DNA of 64,000 bases from contig CAZJFL010000002.1 of assembly GCA_964545575.1 (NCBI GenBank), positions 59,564-123,563 on the forward strand, in the 5' to 3' direction. A program made the position numbers and the translations under genes. Shown here one piece after another: positions 9,190-19,345 of this stretch (its first letter is position 1; the number at the start of each line of letters is the position of its first letter). The notes below the pieces were generated by a model, which was given only the letters and a program-made list of their open reading frames with translations, was not told the DNA's origin and made no database searches. The stretch comes from an uncultured Planctomycetales bacterium. GTDB lineage: Bacteria; Omnitrophota; Gorgyraeia; Gygaellales; Profunditerraquicolaceae.

Positions 9190-12100
9190 CTATATCACTA
9201 AAGATAATTTATCTTCGCCGAGAAGGTTTTCGATATCTTCGATTAATTTCTCCGAAGGAGCAACGTAAAACCCTTCCCCTACCACCAACTGGACGCGGGA
9301 TTTAGCCGGAGTATCCAGGTGCAAATAGATGGGCACGTTCCCGCGCGAAGTAGCTAGTAATCCTTTTAGGCTCTCAAAAAGGTTTTCTCTGGCGCCGGAT
9401 AGATTAATATTCAGGGCAGTGATTAATTTATAGACGTCCTCGACAGGGATTAAGTCATTGACGATGATTTTAGGGGTGTCTTCGCGTAAGGAAAGCCTGC
9501 CCCTGACCAGGACTACGGTATTAGGCTGGATATAGTGGGAGACTTTTTGAAACGCCGCTGGAAAGACGAGAAGTTCTACTATCCCCTCCAGGTCCTCTAA
9601 TTTTAAAATCGCCATTTTTTCCTGTTTTACGCGGGTCAGGGTCTGTTTGATTTTTGAGATCATCCCCACTATTTTTATTTCTTCTGCGTCGGTATGCTGG
9701 CTGAGTTTTGCGATTGAGGTAGAGGCAAAGCGTTTTAAGTGTTGGGCGTAGCGCGCCAAAGGGTGGCCGCTGACGTAAAAGCCGAGCATTTCTTTTTCAA
9801 AAGCGAGCAACTGCGGTTCAGGCCACTCTTTTATTTTGGTAAAACTTTCTTTTAAGCTTTGCTGGAATCCGTTCTGCTTTAATGCCTGATCAAAGAAAGA
9901 TAACTGCCCTTTAGACTGCTCTTTCTGCCTTTTGGAGGAAAGTTCTAATAACCTATCCAGGTTAACCGCCATCTGAGCCCGGGGCATAGTAAAGAAATCC
10001 AGGGCCCCGCATTTAATCAGGCTTTCCAGCACTTTCTTGTTCACTAATCTTAAGTCAATGCGCTGGCAGAGGTCTTCTAATGAGGCAAAGTGCCCCTTTG
10101 TTCTAGCCTGAATTATAGACTCCGCAGCTCCTCTGCCGACATTTTTTATTGCCAGGAGCCCGAAACGGATCTGTTTTTCATCCGCCGCCTTAAACAAGGC
10201 ATCGCTTTCGTTGATATCCGGAGGCAGCACCTGTATGCCCATGTGCGCGGCTTCATTTACGTATTCTACGATTTTGTCGGTATCGTTGCGTTCCGAGGTT
10301 AAGAGCGCGGTCATAAACTCTACAGGGAAATTAGCCTTTAGATATGCAGTGCGGTAAGAAATCAGGGCGTAGGCGGCGCTGTGTGATTTATTGAAGCCGT
10401 ACCCGCAGAAGTGTTCTATGAAATCGAAGGTTTTATTGGCGACGGATTCGCTGATGGCGCCTTTTACGCAGCCTAAGACAAAGTTTTTTCTTTGCTGCTC
10501 CATAACTTCCGGGATTTTCTTGCTCATTGCCCGGCGCAACAAATCTGCCTGGGTGAGGCTAAAACCGGCTAAGGAAGACGCAATCTGCATGACCTGTTCC
10601 TGATAGACCATGATGCCGTAAGTCTCCTTTAAAATCCCCTCGAGTTTTTTGTGGTCGTATCTAATCGGGGTGCGGCCGTGTTTACGCTGGATAAAATCAT
10701 CAAGCATGCCTGAGCCGATGGGCCCGGGGCGGTATAAAGCCAAAAGCGCGATCAGGTCTTCAAACCTCTCCGGCTCCAGTTTTTTCAGCAAATCGCGCAT
10801 CCCGGAACTCTCCACCTGAAATACTCCGCTGGTCTGGGCAGAGGCCAGGAGTTTATAGGTCTTGGGGTCATCCAGGGGAATGTCTTCAATATCAATGGTT
10901 TTGCCCCGCCTCTGCTTTACTATCTTTAAAGTCTGGTCTATCACGGTCAGGGTTCTTAAGCCCAGGAAATCAACTTTCAGCAGCCCGGTTTTTTCCAGCA
11001 TCGTCATGCTGTAACCGGTGGTGATCTGGTCGTCCTGAGTCTTAAATAAAGGCATATAATTATCCAGCGGCTTGTCCGCGATGACCACCCCTGCCGCATG
11101 CACCGAGGCGTGGCGGTTTAAGCCCTCCAGGGATAAAGCCGTATCAATCAGTTGTTTTATCTGCGGGTCGTTTTTATAGAGGCTCTTTAATTCCGCCTCG
11201 CTCTCTAAAGCATCTCTTAAGGTTATGCCCGGGTCAGGGGGGATCATTTTGGCAATCCGGTCCACATCGGCATAGCTTATCCCCATCACTCTTCCGACGT
11301 CCCTGACTACCGCGCGCGCCTGCATCGTCCCGAAAGTGATAATTTGCGCGACATTTTCCTGCCCGTATTTCTTAGTTACGTAATCGATGACCTCCTGCCT
11401 TCTTTCGTAACAGAAATCAATATCTATATCCGGCAGCCCCTGCCTCTGTGGATTCAGGAAGCGCTCGAATAATAAACCATAATTCAAAGGGTTGATATCG
11501 GTAATTCCTAAGAGGTAACTGACCAGGCTTCCCGCAGCCGAGCCCCGGCCGGGCCCCACCGGTATATTCTGGCTCTTAGCGTAATGGATAAAATCCCAGA
11601 CAATTAAAAAATAACTGGTAAAACCCATCTTCTGGATAGTTTCTAATTCGTGTTCCAGGCGCTGGGTGATCTCCGTGCTTAGTGTTTTGAAGCGTTCCTT
11701 TAATCCTTTTTCGCAAAGTTCCCGCAGGAACTCGTCTTTAGTTTTACCTACCGGGGCTTCGTATTTAGGCAGGTGCACTAAAGAGAAATCCAGCTCCAGG
11801 TTGCAGCGCTTAGCTACCTCTTGGGTATTAGCGATGGCTTCGGGAATCTCCTTAAAAAGTTCTTTCATCTCCTGAGGCGACTTAAAATAAAACTCATCGG
11901 TCTGAAAACGCATGCGGTTGGGGTCATCAAGGGTGGTCTGGGTCTGAATGCAGAGCAATGCCTCGTGGCTCCTGGCGTGCTCTTTTAAAAGATAGTGCAC
12001 GTCATTGGTGGCGATCAGGGGAATATTTAATTCTTTGGAGATTTTGATTAACCCCGCATTTACGGCCTTCTGTTCGGGGATTAAATTCTCCTGTACTTCT

Positions 12101-12627
12101 AAATAGAAATTATCTTTACCGAGAATATTCAGGAATTCGTCGGCTGCCTTAAGGGCGTCGTTAAAACGCCTCTCCTTAAGCAGCACCGGGATTTCCCCTT
12201 TAAGGCAAGCGCTCAGGGCAATCAAGCCTTTGGCGTACCGGGAAAGGATCTCTTTATCAATGCGCGGCCGGTAATAAAAACCTTCCAGATACCCGGCTGA
12301 AACCAGCTTCATCAGGTTTTGATAGCCGGTTTCATCCTTGGCTAAAAGGATCAAATGGTAAGAGGCTTCGTCAATCCCGCCCAGTTTTTTTTCCAGGCGG
12401 CTTCCCGGCGCAATGTATACTTCAGAGCCGATAATCGGTTTTATCCCGGCCTTCTGCGCCTCCAGATAAAAATCCATCGCCCCGAACATATTGCCGTGGT
12501 CGGTAATCGCCAGGGAATCCATTTTATAAGCTTGAGCCAGCTTAAGCAGGTCAGGTATGCGGCAGGCGCCGTCTAATAGGCTATATTGGGTGTGCAGGTG
12601 AAGGTGGATAAAATCGGAATGCGGCAT
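9190..12627 (-). CDS. dnaE: DNA polymerase III subunit alpha
   Basis: 1145 aa with N-terminal PHP domain (HLHLHTQYSLLDGA) and the polymerase core; length typical for DnaE. Confidence 0.95.
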   Translation of the reverse strand: MPHSDFIHLHLHTQYSLLDGACRIPDLLKLAQAYKMDSLAITDHGNMFGAMDFYLEAQKAGIKPIIGSEVYIAPGSRLEKKLGGIDEASYHLILLAKDETGYQNLMKLVSAGYLEGFYYRPRIDKEILSRYAKGLIALSACLKGEIPVLLKERRFNDALKAADEFLNILGKDNFYLEVQENLIPEQKAVNAGLIKISKELNIPLIATNDVHYLLKEHARSHEALLCIQTQTTLDDPNRMRFQTDEFYFKSPQEMKELFKEIPEAIANTQEVAKRCNLELDFSLVHLPKYEAPVGKTKDEFLRELCEKGLKERFKTLSTEITQRLEHELETIQKMGFTSYFLIVWDFIHYAKSQNIPVGPGRGSAAGSLVSYLLGITDINPLNYGLLFERFLNPQRQGLPDIDIDFCYERRQEVIDYVTKKYGQENVAQIITFGTMQARAVVRDVGRVMGISYADVDRIAKMIPPDPGITLRDALESEAELKSLYKNDPQIKQLIDTALSLEGLNRHASVHAAGVVIADKPLDNYMPLFKTQDDQITTGYSMTMLEKTGLLKVDFLGLRTLTVIDQTLKIVKQRRGKTIDIEDIPLDDPKTYKLLASAQTSGVFQVESSGMRDLLKKLEPERFEDLIALLALYRPGPIGSGMLDDFIQRKHGRTPIRYDHKKLEGILKETYGIMVYQEQVMQIASSLAGFSLTQADLLRRAMSKKIPEVMEQQRKNFVLGCVKGAISESVANKTFDFIEHFCGYGFNKSHSAAYALISYRTAYLKANFPVEFMTALLTSERNDTDKIVEYVNEAAHMGIQVLPPDINESDALFKAADEKQIRFGLLAIKNVGRGAAESIIQARTKGHFASLEDLCQRIDLRLVNKKVLESLIKCGALDFFTMPRAQMAVNLDRLLELSSKRQKEQSKGQLSFFDQALKQNGFQQSLKESFTKIKEWPEPQLLAFEKEMLGFYVSGHPLARYAQHLKRFASTSIAKLSQHTDAEEIKIVGMISKIKQTLTRVKQEKMAILKLEDLEGIVELLVFPAAFQKVSHYIQPNTVVLVRGRLSLREDTPKIIVNDLIPVEDVYKLITALNINLSGARENLFESLKGLLATSRGNVPIYLHLDTPAKSRVQLVVGEGFYVAPSEKLIEDIENLLGEDKLSLVI

Positions 12628-12632
12628 TTTGG

Positions 12633-12696
12633 CTTATCGCTTATCGCTTATCGCTTATCGTAGAACGATGTGCGATTTGCGATATGCGCTATGCGA
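12633..12696. repeat. Family B palindromic element, intergenic copy between dnaE and guaA
   Basis: GGCTTATCGCTTATCGCTTATCGCTTATCG-TAGAA-CGATGTGCGATTTGCGATATGCGCTATGCG. Confidence 0.85.
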
Positions 12697-12698
12697 GT

Positions 12699-14240
12699 TT
12701 ACTCCCATTCAATCGTTGCGGGCGGTTTTGAGGAGATATCGTAGACTACGCGATTTACGCCTTTGACTTCGTTAATCACGCGGTTAGCAATCTTCTCGAG
12801 GACTTCATAGGGGAGTTTTACCCAGTCGGCAGTCATGCCGTCGAGGCTGGAAACGCAGCGCAAGGCCGCCACATTTTCATAAGTACGTTCATCCCCCATC
12901 ACCCCCACACTTTTTATGGGCAGGAGTATGGCAAAAGATTGCCAGACCTGTTCGTAGAGCCCGGCGCCCCTGATTTCTTCGATCACGCGCTGATCTACTT
13001 CGCGCAGGATATTCAGGTATGGTTGTGTTACCTCTCCGATAATCCTGATCGCTAATCCCGGACCGGGAAACGGCTGGCGGCTGATGATCTGGTCCGGTAG
13101 GCCGAGCTCTCTGCCGATCTGGCGCACTTCGTCTTTGAATAATTCCCGTAAAGGTTCGACGAGTTTTAATTTCATCTGCGCCGGTAGGCCGCCTACATTA
13201 TGGTGGCTTTTGATGCGGCTGGAGGGCGCGCCGCTGGGAGAAAAAGATTCGATGACATCCGGATAAAGAGTCCCCTGCCCGAGGTATTTTACGCCTTTTA
13301 CTTTCTTGGCCTCTTCTTCAAATACCTTGATAAACTCTTCCCCGATAATTTTTCTCTTGTCTTCGGGGTCAGTGATGCCTTCCAGCCGGGTGAGGAATCG
13401 CTTGCTCCTGTCTACGTAATCCAGGTTTAAATGGAAATTATTACGGAAGACATTTTTTACCTGCTGCGGTTCATCTTTACGCAGCAGCCCGTTATCCACA
13501 AAGATGCACCTTAAGTTCCTGCCGATCGCTTTATGGATTAAGATTGCCGCGACCGAAGAATCAACCCCGCCGCTTAAGCCTAAGACCACCTTGTCGCGGC
13601 CGATAGTTTTTTTTAATCCGGCAATGGTTTCTTTGACAAAAGATTCCATGGTCCAGCGGCTGGTGCAGCCGCAGATTTTAAATAAAAAATTAGTTAAGAT
13701 CTGATTGCCTTTTTCCGTATGCGTTACTTCCGGATGGAATTGAACCGCATAAATCTTGCGCTGGCGGTTGCTGATCGCCATAATCGGGGTATTCAGCGTA
13801 TGGGCGGTGGTGCGAAAGCCGGGCGGAAGTTTGTTCACCAGGTCACCGTGGCTGGCCCAACAGGTAAAGTTACCCGGGATGTGGCCGAATAAATCGCGGT
13901 TATCGTCTAAAAATAACTCTACTTTGCCGTACTCGCGCTCTTTGGTGTGCTTGACTTTGCCGCCGAGCATTTCGGTGATTACCTGCATACCGTAACAGAT
14001 ACCCAAGACCGGTACGCCTAATTTAAATATGCCTTTATCGGGATACGGGCTTTTCTTTTCAGTTACCGATGCCGGCCCGCCGGAGAGAATTAACCCTTTG
14101 GGTGACATCGCGGCGATCTCTTTTGCCGGCATATTATAAGGTATGATTCTGGAGAACACTTTACTTACCCTGACGCGCCGGGCAATAAGCTGCGTATACT
14201 GCGAGCCGAAATCTAAAATAAGTATGGTTTGTCTGGTCAT
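12699..14240 (-). CDS. guaA: GMP synthase (glutamine-hydrolysing)
   Basis: 513 aa with a GATase1 domain, the ATP-PPase SGGVDSS motif and a C-terminal dimerisation domain ending in IEWE. Confidence 0.95.
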   Translation of the reverse strand: MTRQTILILDFGSQYTQLIARRVRVSKVFSRIIPYNMPAKEIAAMSPKGLILSGGPASVTEKKSPYPDKGIFKLGVPVLGICYGMQVITEMLGGKVKHTKEREYGKVELFLDDNRDLFGHIPGNFTCWASHGDLVNKLPPGFRTTAHTLNTPIMAISNRQRKIYAVQFHPEVTHTEKGNQILTNFLFKICGCTSRWTMESFVKETIAGLKKTIGRDKVVLGLSGGVDSSVAAILIHKAIGRNLRCIFVDNGLLRKDEPQQVKNVFRNNFHLNLDYVDRSKRFLTRLEGITDPEDKRKIIGEEFIKVFEEEAKKVKGVKYLGQGTLYPDVIESFSPSGAPSSRIKSHHNVGGLPAQMKLKLVEPLRELFKDEVRQIGRELGLPDQIISRQPFPGPGLAIRIIGEVTQPYLNILREVDQRVIEEIRGAGLYEQVWQSFAILLPIKSVGVMGDERTYENVAALRCVSSLDGMTADWVKLPYEVLEKIANRVINEVKGVNRVVYDISSKPPATIEWE

Positions 14241-15397
14241 GTCCCCATCCCTACCCTCTGGCTAACCTGAAAAATTTTGCCTTCTGTTTGGATGGAAGGC
14301 GCGATAATAATTTCTACGTCATGCATTTCTTTAAGGTTAGAGGCGCCCAGCGACCCCATGGATGTTTTAAGCGCTCCCATCAGATTCTGCGAACCGTCAT
14401 CGACTTTTGCCGGGCCAAAGAGTATTTCTTTTAAAGAGCCGGTAGTGCCGACATAAATGCGCGTCCCGCGCGGAAGGTTAACGTGTGAAGTCGCCATGCC
14501 CCAGTGATAACCGCGGCCGGGCGCTTCTTTTGCCCGGGCAAAGCTTGAGCCGATCATTACCGCGTCTGCTCCGCAGGCAAAGGCCCTGCAGATATCTCCG
14601 CCGCGGTTCATCCCGCCGTCAGTAATAACGGATACGTATTTACCCGTCCTCTTGTAATAAAAATCGCGCGCCGAGGCCGCATCAACGGTTGCGGTTACCT
14701 GCGGCACCCCGATGCCTAATACTCCGCGGGTGGTGCAGGCAGCTCCCGGGCCTACGCCGATCAATAATCCCGCTGCCCCGGTTTCCATAAGTTCCGCGGT
14801 GGTTTCATAGGTGACGCAGTTACCCAGGATTACCGGTATTTTTGTGCTCTTGCAGAACCTGAATAAATCCAGGCTTTTGTATTCTTTGGCCAGGTGTCTG
14901 GTGGTAGTGACCGTAGACTGCACTACGAATATATCGGCACCCGAAGAAATCGCAATTTTAGAAAACTTTTCCGCATGGGCCGGGATACAGCTGACTACGG
15001 CTATGGCTTTTTTCTTTTTTATCTCTGCTACTCTTTTGGCGATCAGTTTTTCCTTAATTGGTGTCTTATAAATGGACTGGATTAATTCCGTGGCTTTTTG
15101 CGGGCTGGCTTTAGCGATCTGCTCTAAGACCGTATCGGGATTTGCGTAGCGGGTCTGCACGCCGTCTAAGTTTAAAACCGCAATTCCGCCGAGGGCCGAC
15201 ATCTCGATAGCGAATTTTACATCCACTACCCCGTCCATAGCCGCGGCAAGTATAGGGATTTTGAATTTCTTCCCGGCGAAGCTAAAGGTGGTATCTGTTT
15301 CATTAGGGTTAACCGTCTGCGCTCCGGGAACCAGCGCAATCTCATCAAAACCATAACAGCGGCGTGCGCGCCTGCCTATGCCTATCCACTCTGCCAT
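14237..15397 (-). CDS. guaB: IMP dehydrogenase/GMP reductase family protein lacking a CBS subdomain
   Basis: 386 aa TIM-barrel IMPDH family with GIGPGSIC-like and catalytic loop regions. No CBS pair insert. Overlaps the guaA start, which suggests an operon. Confidence 0.65.
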   Translation of the reverse strand: MAEWIGIGRRARRCYGFDEIALVPGAQTVNPNETDTTFSFAGKKFKIPILAAAMDGVVDVKFAIEMSALGGIAVLNLDGVQTRYANPDTVLEQIAKASPQKATELIQSIYKTPIKEKLIAKRVAEIKKKKAIAVVSCIPAHAEKFSKIAISSGADIFVVQSTVTTTRHLAKEYKSLDLFRFCKSTKIPVILGNCVTYETTAELMETGAAGLLIGVGPGAACTTRGVLGIGVPQVTATVDAASARDFYYKRTGKYVSVITDGGMNRGGDICRAFACGADAVMIGSSFARAKEAPGRGYHWGMATSHVNLPRGTRIYVGTTGSLKEILFGPAKVDDGSQNLMGALKTSMGSLGASNLKEMHDVEIIIAPSIQTEGKIFQVSQRVGMGT

Positions 15398-15529
15398 CTG
15401 CGTTCTCCTCTTCTTAAGTTATTATTTTTCAATGAGTTAAGGATTTTTACTCCAATTTTCGAGTTTACTGATAAAAGGATAGGCAATTTTACAATAAGAT
15501 TAGCCCTTTGTCAATAGCTATTTTAATGA

Positions 15530-15670
15530 GCACATAACTTACGGAAGCACTGGAAGTGCGACGTAAGTTATAAGTGCGAACTTACCCCGCACCGTAAAGG
15601 TGCGGGGTAAGTTCGGCCAAATAAGTTATGTCGCTGATATATTTAATATACAGCTCCATAACTTATGGCC
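15530..15670. repeat. Composite of three consecutive hairpins that include a Family C element
   Basis: Hairpin 1: GCACATAACTTACG...CGTAAGTTATAAGTGC. Hairpin 2: a perfect 16 bp hairpin, GAACTTACCCCGCACC-GTAAA-GGTGCGGGGTAAGTTC. Hairpin 3: GGCCAAATAAGTTATG-loop-CATAACTTATGGCC. All in the 347 bp guaB-groEL spacer. Confidence 0.8.
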
Positions 15671-15683
15671 TCACTTAAACAAA

Positions 15684-15716
15684 GAGGGGCGGGATTTTTC
15701 TCCCGCCCCTTTTTTA
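15684..15716 (-). terminator. Rho-independent terminator downstream of groEL
   Basis: Perfect GC-rich hairpin AGGGGCGGGA-loop-TCCCGCCCCT with T/A runs on both sides. Located immediately 3' of the groEL stop. Confidence 0.7.
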
Positions 15717-15744
15717 CTATGAACCCTGAACTCTAAAACCCTGT

Positions 15745-17382
15745 TTAATACATTCCTCCCATGCCCCCCATCCCGCCTCCCGGAGGCATCGCCGGCATTC
15801 TGTCTTCCTTTTCCGGTTTATCCGCGATGACTGTTTCGGTGGTAAGCAGAAGCGCTGCGATACTGGCAGCGTTCTGTAGAGCAGAGCGGGTGACCTTAGT
15901 GGGGTCAATTACGCCCGCTTCGATCATGTCCACATAGGCATCCTGATTGACATCGTAACCTACGTTAGTTTTTTCCTGCTTGATACGCTGCGCAACTACC
16001 GAACCCTCTAAGCCGGCGTTTTCCACAATCTGCCTTAAGGGCTCTTCAATCGCCCTTTTAACGATAATCACGCCTATTTTTTCGTCGCCTTCGAGCTTAA
16101 GCTTATCCAGGGCAGCCAGGGTCCTTACCAGCGCTACTCCGCCGCCGGGAACAATGCCTTCCTGGGAAGCTGCGCGGGTAGCATGCAACGCATCTTCTAC
16201 TCTGGCTTTCTTTTCTTTCATTTCTGTTTCGGTAGCCGCCCCGACATTGATTACCGCTACTCCGCCGGCAAGCTTTGCCAGCCTTTCCTGCAGTTTTTCT
16301 TTGTCGTAATCGGAATCGGTATCGTCTATCTGCTTCTTGATCTGGGCGATCCGGGCATTAATCGCCTGGCTCTTGCCTGCGCCTTCCACGATGGTCGTAT
16401 TTTCCTTATCCACTTTGACCCTTTTTGCGCGGCCCAAATCTTCGATATCGATATTTTCTAACTTTAAGCCCAAATCTTCGGTGATCGCCTTGCCGCTGGT
16501 AAGAACAGCAATATCATCAAGCATGGCTTTGCGTCTATCGCCGTAACCGGGAGCTTTTACTGCGCAGGCAACAAAGGTGCCGCGGAGTTTATTTACTACT
16601 AACGTCGCTAACGCTTCTCCCTCGACCTCTTCGGCAACAATCAAAAGCGACTTTCCGGTGCGGGCGATCTTCTCTAGTAACGGCAGGATATCTTTAATCG
16701 AAGATATTTTTTTCTCGTAAATCAGAATATAGGGTTCCTCTAAAAGAACCTCCATCCTTTCGGCGTCGGTGACAAAATAAGGGGATAGATACCCCTGGTC
16801 AAATTGCATCCCCTCTACGACATCCAGGGTAGTAGCAGTTGATTTTGCTTCTTCTACGGTGATTACGCCGTCCTTGCCCACCTTATCCATCGCTTCGGCG
16901 ATTAACTCTCCGATAGCGGTATCGGAATTTGCCGCGATAGAGGCGACCTGGGCTATCTCTTTTTTGTCTTTGATCGGGGTGGAAAGCTTGCTTAACTCTT
17001 CAATGACCTTAGCTACTGCTTTTTCGATCCCGCGCTTTAAAGCCATGGGATTGGCTCCGGCAGTGACGTTTTTCAAGCCTTCGCGGTAAATCGCCTCAGC
17101 CAGAATCGTGGCGGTGGTTGTTCCGTCGCCGGCGATATCAGAGGTTTTTTCCGCTACTTCTTTGACCATCTGCGCCCCCATATTCTCAAAAGGGTCCTCC
17201 AGGTCGATTTCTTTGGCTACGGTCACTCCGTCTTTAGTAATGGTTGGCGAACCGAACTTCTTATCTATTACTACGTTACGCCCCTTGGGCCCGAGAGTCA
17301 CCTTTACTGCTGCGGCGAGCTGCTCTACTCCGCTTAAGATCTTGCGGCGCGCCTCATCACTGTATAATAGTTGCTTTGCCAT
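15745..17382 (-). CDS. groL: Chaperonin GroEL
   Basis: 545 aa, canonical GroEL sequence with the C-terminal GGM repeat tail. Confidence 0.97.
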   Translation of the reverse strand: MAKQLLYSDEARRKILSGVEQLAAAVKVTLGPKGRNVVIDKKFGSPTITKDGVTVAKEIDLEDPFENMGAQMVKEVAEKTSDIAGDGTTTATILAEAIYREGLKNVTAGANPMALKRGIEKAVAKVIEELSKLSTPIKDKKEIAQVASIAANSDTAIGELIAEAMDKVGKDGVITVEEAKSTATTLDVVEGMQFDQGYLSPYFVTDAERMEVLLEEPYILIYEKKISSIKDILPLLEKIARTGKSLLIVAEEVEGEALATLVVNKLRGTFVACAVKAPGYGDRRKAMLDDIAVLTSGKAITEDLGLKLENIDIEDLGRAKRVKVDKENTTIVEGAGKSQAINARIAQIKKQIDDTDSDYDKEKLQERLAKLAGGVAVINVGAATETEMKEKKARVEDALHATRAASQEGIVPGGGVALVRTLAALDKLKLEGDEKIGVIIVKRAIEEPLRQIVENAGLEGSVVAQRIKQEKTNVGYDVNQDAYVDMIEAGVIDPTKVTRSALQNAASIAALLLTTETVIADKPEKEDRMPAMPPGGGMGGMGGMY

Positions 17383-17408
17383 TCTTTCGCCTCCTTATTA
17401 GCTATGTT

Positions 17409-17477
17409 TGTGTCAAAGTGTCAGAGTATCAGGTATCAAAGTGCCATGACACCTTGACACTTTGATACTTTGACACC
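17409..17477. repeat. Family A palindromic element between groES and groEL
   Basis: GTGTCAAAGTGTCAGAGTATCAGGTATCAAAGTG...CACCTTGACACTTTGATACTTTGACAC. Confidence 0.8.
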
Positions 17478-17481
17478 GTTG

Positions 17482-17772
17482 TCACTTAATTATCGCCAAG
17501 ATATCTTCTTCGCGCATAATCAGTAATTCTTCGCCATCTTTGGTAGTGATTTCGTTCCCGGAATATTTTCCGTATAATACCTTATCCCCGACTTTTACTT
17601 CCGGAGCCTGGGTTGTTCCGTTATCCAAAACTTTTCCTTTTCCTACTGCGACAACTTTGCCCTCCTGCGGTTTTTCCTTGGCTGTATCCGGCAGCACTAT
17701 CCCGCCCTTGGTTTTTGCTTCTGCTTCCAAAGGCTTGACGACTACGCGGTCTCCTAATGGTTTGATCTCCAT
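17482..17772 (-). CDS. groS: Co-chaperonin GroES
   Basis: 96 aa, canonical GroES ([11 protein letters not shown]...). Confidence 0.95.
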   Translation of the reverse strand: MEIKPLGDRVVVKPLEAEAKTKGGIVLPDTAKEKPQEGKVVAVGKGKVLDNGTTQAPEVKVGDKVLYGKYSGNEITTKDGEELLIMREEDILAIIK

Positions 17773-17800
17773 AACTCACCCCCTCTAATAAATAGATTAA

Positions 17801-17827
17801 TTAGCACTCTTGATTTCAGAGTGCCAA
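17801..17827 (-). promoter_or_regulatory. CIRCE inverted repeat (HrcA operator) in the groES leader
   Basis: TTAGCACTC-N9-GAGTGCCAA matches the CIRCE consensus TTAGCACTC-N9-GAGTGCTAA. Lies between the predicted -10 box and the groES start. Confidence 0.85.
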
Positions 17828-17854
17828 TTATAAAGCAAAAAAAAATCTTGTCAA
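17827..17854 (-). promoter_or_regulatory. Sigma70-like promoter upstream of groES
   Basis: On the minus strand: TTGACA, 16 nt spacer, TATAAT, directly upstream of CIRCE. Confidence 0.6.
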
Positions 17855-17892
17855 GAGTTTTTTATAAAAAATTAGAGGCGGGTGCTAAAACC

Positions 17893-18393
17893 TTACCAGC
17901 TTAAAAGACTGACTTTAAAGCCCTGATCAGGTTTCTTGACCTGATACGCCGGTTCTATTAATGGCTTATCATACGGAGGCAGAGTAAAGGTCGCCATATC
18001 CACCACTCCGGATGCACCGCGCACTAAGCCTGTCACTATCCCTTCCCCTAATCCTACGGTAGCCCCTACTAAAGGATTGTGCTTTTGCGATACCGCGTTG
18101 ATCTGCTTGGGTATCTCTGCCCAGGAGGTAGCAGCATTTAGCGCGCCCAGGCCTATTTTATTTGCCGGAGAATTAGACGCCATATCAGCAGTAGCTATGG
18201 TTTTTGTATTGACTGATGCTAAAAAGACGGTCGGGAGCATCTGTGTGTTTTTATCCGGCTGCAGGAGTCCTAGATGGTAACTACTTGGAGCAATTATGGT
18301 TGAGGGTGAGATTACCGGGTCTTGAGCCGGCTGGGAATAAAGATTTACTGCCAGGGATACTATGACGCAGGTAAAGAATAAAACCTTTTTCAT
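17893..18393 (-). CDS. Hypothetical secreted protein
   Basis: 166 aa with an N-terminal signal peptide and no recognisable domain. GGAGGT RBS and a stable 5' hairpin upstream. Confidence 0.4.
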   Translation of the reverse strand: MKKVLFFTCVIVSLAVNLYSQPAQDPVISPSTIIAPSSYHLGLLQPDKNTQMLPTVFLASVNTKTIATADMASNSPANKIGLGALNAATSWAEIPKQINAVSQKHNPLVGATVGLGEGIVTGLVRGASGVVDMATFTLPPYDKPLIEPAYQVKKPDQGFKVSLLSW

Positions 18394-18541
18394 CTGGCTA
18401 CCTCCGCTTTGCCTTTATCAGTTAGGTAAACCCAGCTCCTGCGTGCAGGGGCTGGGTAAATTGCTAAATTGTCAAAATATCACTTGCCATTAAAAATATA
18501 ACATATACCTATATTATTGTCAAAGCGGGAAGGCGTATTTT

Positions 18542-19291
18542 TTAGGCAGCAGTGTTCCTGTTGCAGATTAAAGCTAAACCCTTGAGGGTCAAATCCGGGT
18601 CTATTTTATCGATTTTACGGCAGTAATTAACCATTAAGCCGATATTTCCGCCGGTGCCGATAACCAAGGCCTTTTGTCCGATTTTCTTTTTTATCCGGAT
18701 GACTAAATCGTCGGTAAGGGCGGCAAACCCGTAGACTATGCCGCTAAGCATGCTGGCGCGGGTATCTCTTCCGATAAACTCTTTTGGCTGGGCTAATTTT
18801 ATTTTCGGCAAAAGCGCGGTCTTCTCACTCAACGCCTCCAAAGAAATACCCAAACCCGGTACAATCATGCCCCCGAGGTATTCTTTATGCCTGGAGATGA
18901 CATCAAAGGTAACGGCTGTTCCGAAATCCACCACGATTGCAGGAACCCCATAAAGTGTCGCGGCAACATAAGCATTAACCAGCCTGTCCTGCCCTACTTG
19001 TGCGGGCCTGCGGTAAAGATTCTTAATCGGAGGCAAGATGTGCTTACCTATGATTAGAGGATTTTTGCCGAGCAATTTCTTCAGGTCCCCTGTTAAAACG
19101 GCGGTGCTTTGGGGGACTACGCTGGAGATAACAATTTCTTGGATTGACTTCCTTCTGCCCCCCAAGAGCTTGTTCAGGCAGGGATAGTATTTTTTCTTTC
19201 TGGTGGGTATGGCATATTTTTTAAGCAGGCGCCTGCCGCTAAATAATCCGAGGTTAATATTAGTATTACCTATATCTATGGCTAGAAGCAT
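18542..19291 (-). CDS. coaX: Type III pantothenate kinase
   Basis: Start trimmed to the internal Met (MLLAIDIGNTNINLGLF, ASKHA fold). The longer ORF start overlaps a repeat element. Confidence 0.8.
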   Translation of the reverse strand: MLLAIDIGNTNINLGLFSGRRLLKKYAIPTRKKKYYPCLNKLLGGRRKSIQEIVISSVVPQSTAVLTGDLKKLLGKNPLIIGKHILPPIKNLYRRPAQVGQDRLVNAYVAATLYGVPAIVVDFGTAVTFDVISRHKEYLGGMIVPGLGISLEALSEKTALLPKIKLAQPKEFIGRDTRASMLSGIVYGFAALTDDLVIRIKKKIGQKALVIGTGGNIGLMVNYCRKIDKIDPDLTLKGLALICNRNTAA

Positions 19292-19304
19292 AAGATTAAG
19301 GAAT

Positions 19305-19340
19305 GATAGTATCAAGGTATCAGGTGTCAAAGTATCATAG
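19305..19340. repeat. Family A element, partial or single-arm copy upstream of coaX
   Basis: TGATAGTATCAAGGTATCAGGTGTCAAAGTATCATA. Confidence 0.6.
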
Positions 19341-19345
19341 CCACA

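Noticed and set aside
12627-12700. A CRISPR array as an explanation for the CTTATCG / CGATATG repeats, and likewise for the other repeat families
   Set aside because: The repeats are inverted rather than direct, there are no regularly spaced unique spacers, and there are no cas genes. They behave like REP/MITE-type palindromes.
19292-19330. Longer N-terminus of the coaX ORF
   Set aside because: It overlaps a Family A repeat. The conserved CoaX start MLLAIDIGNT is the internal Met.
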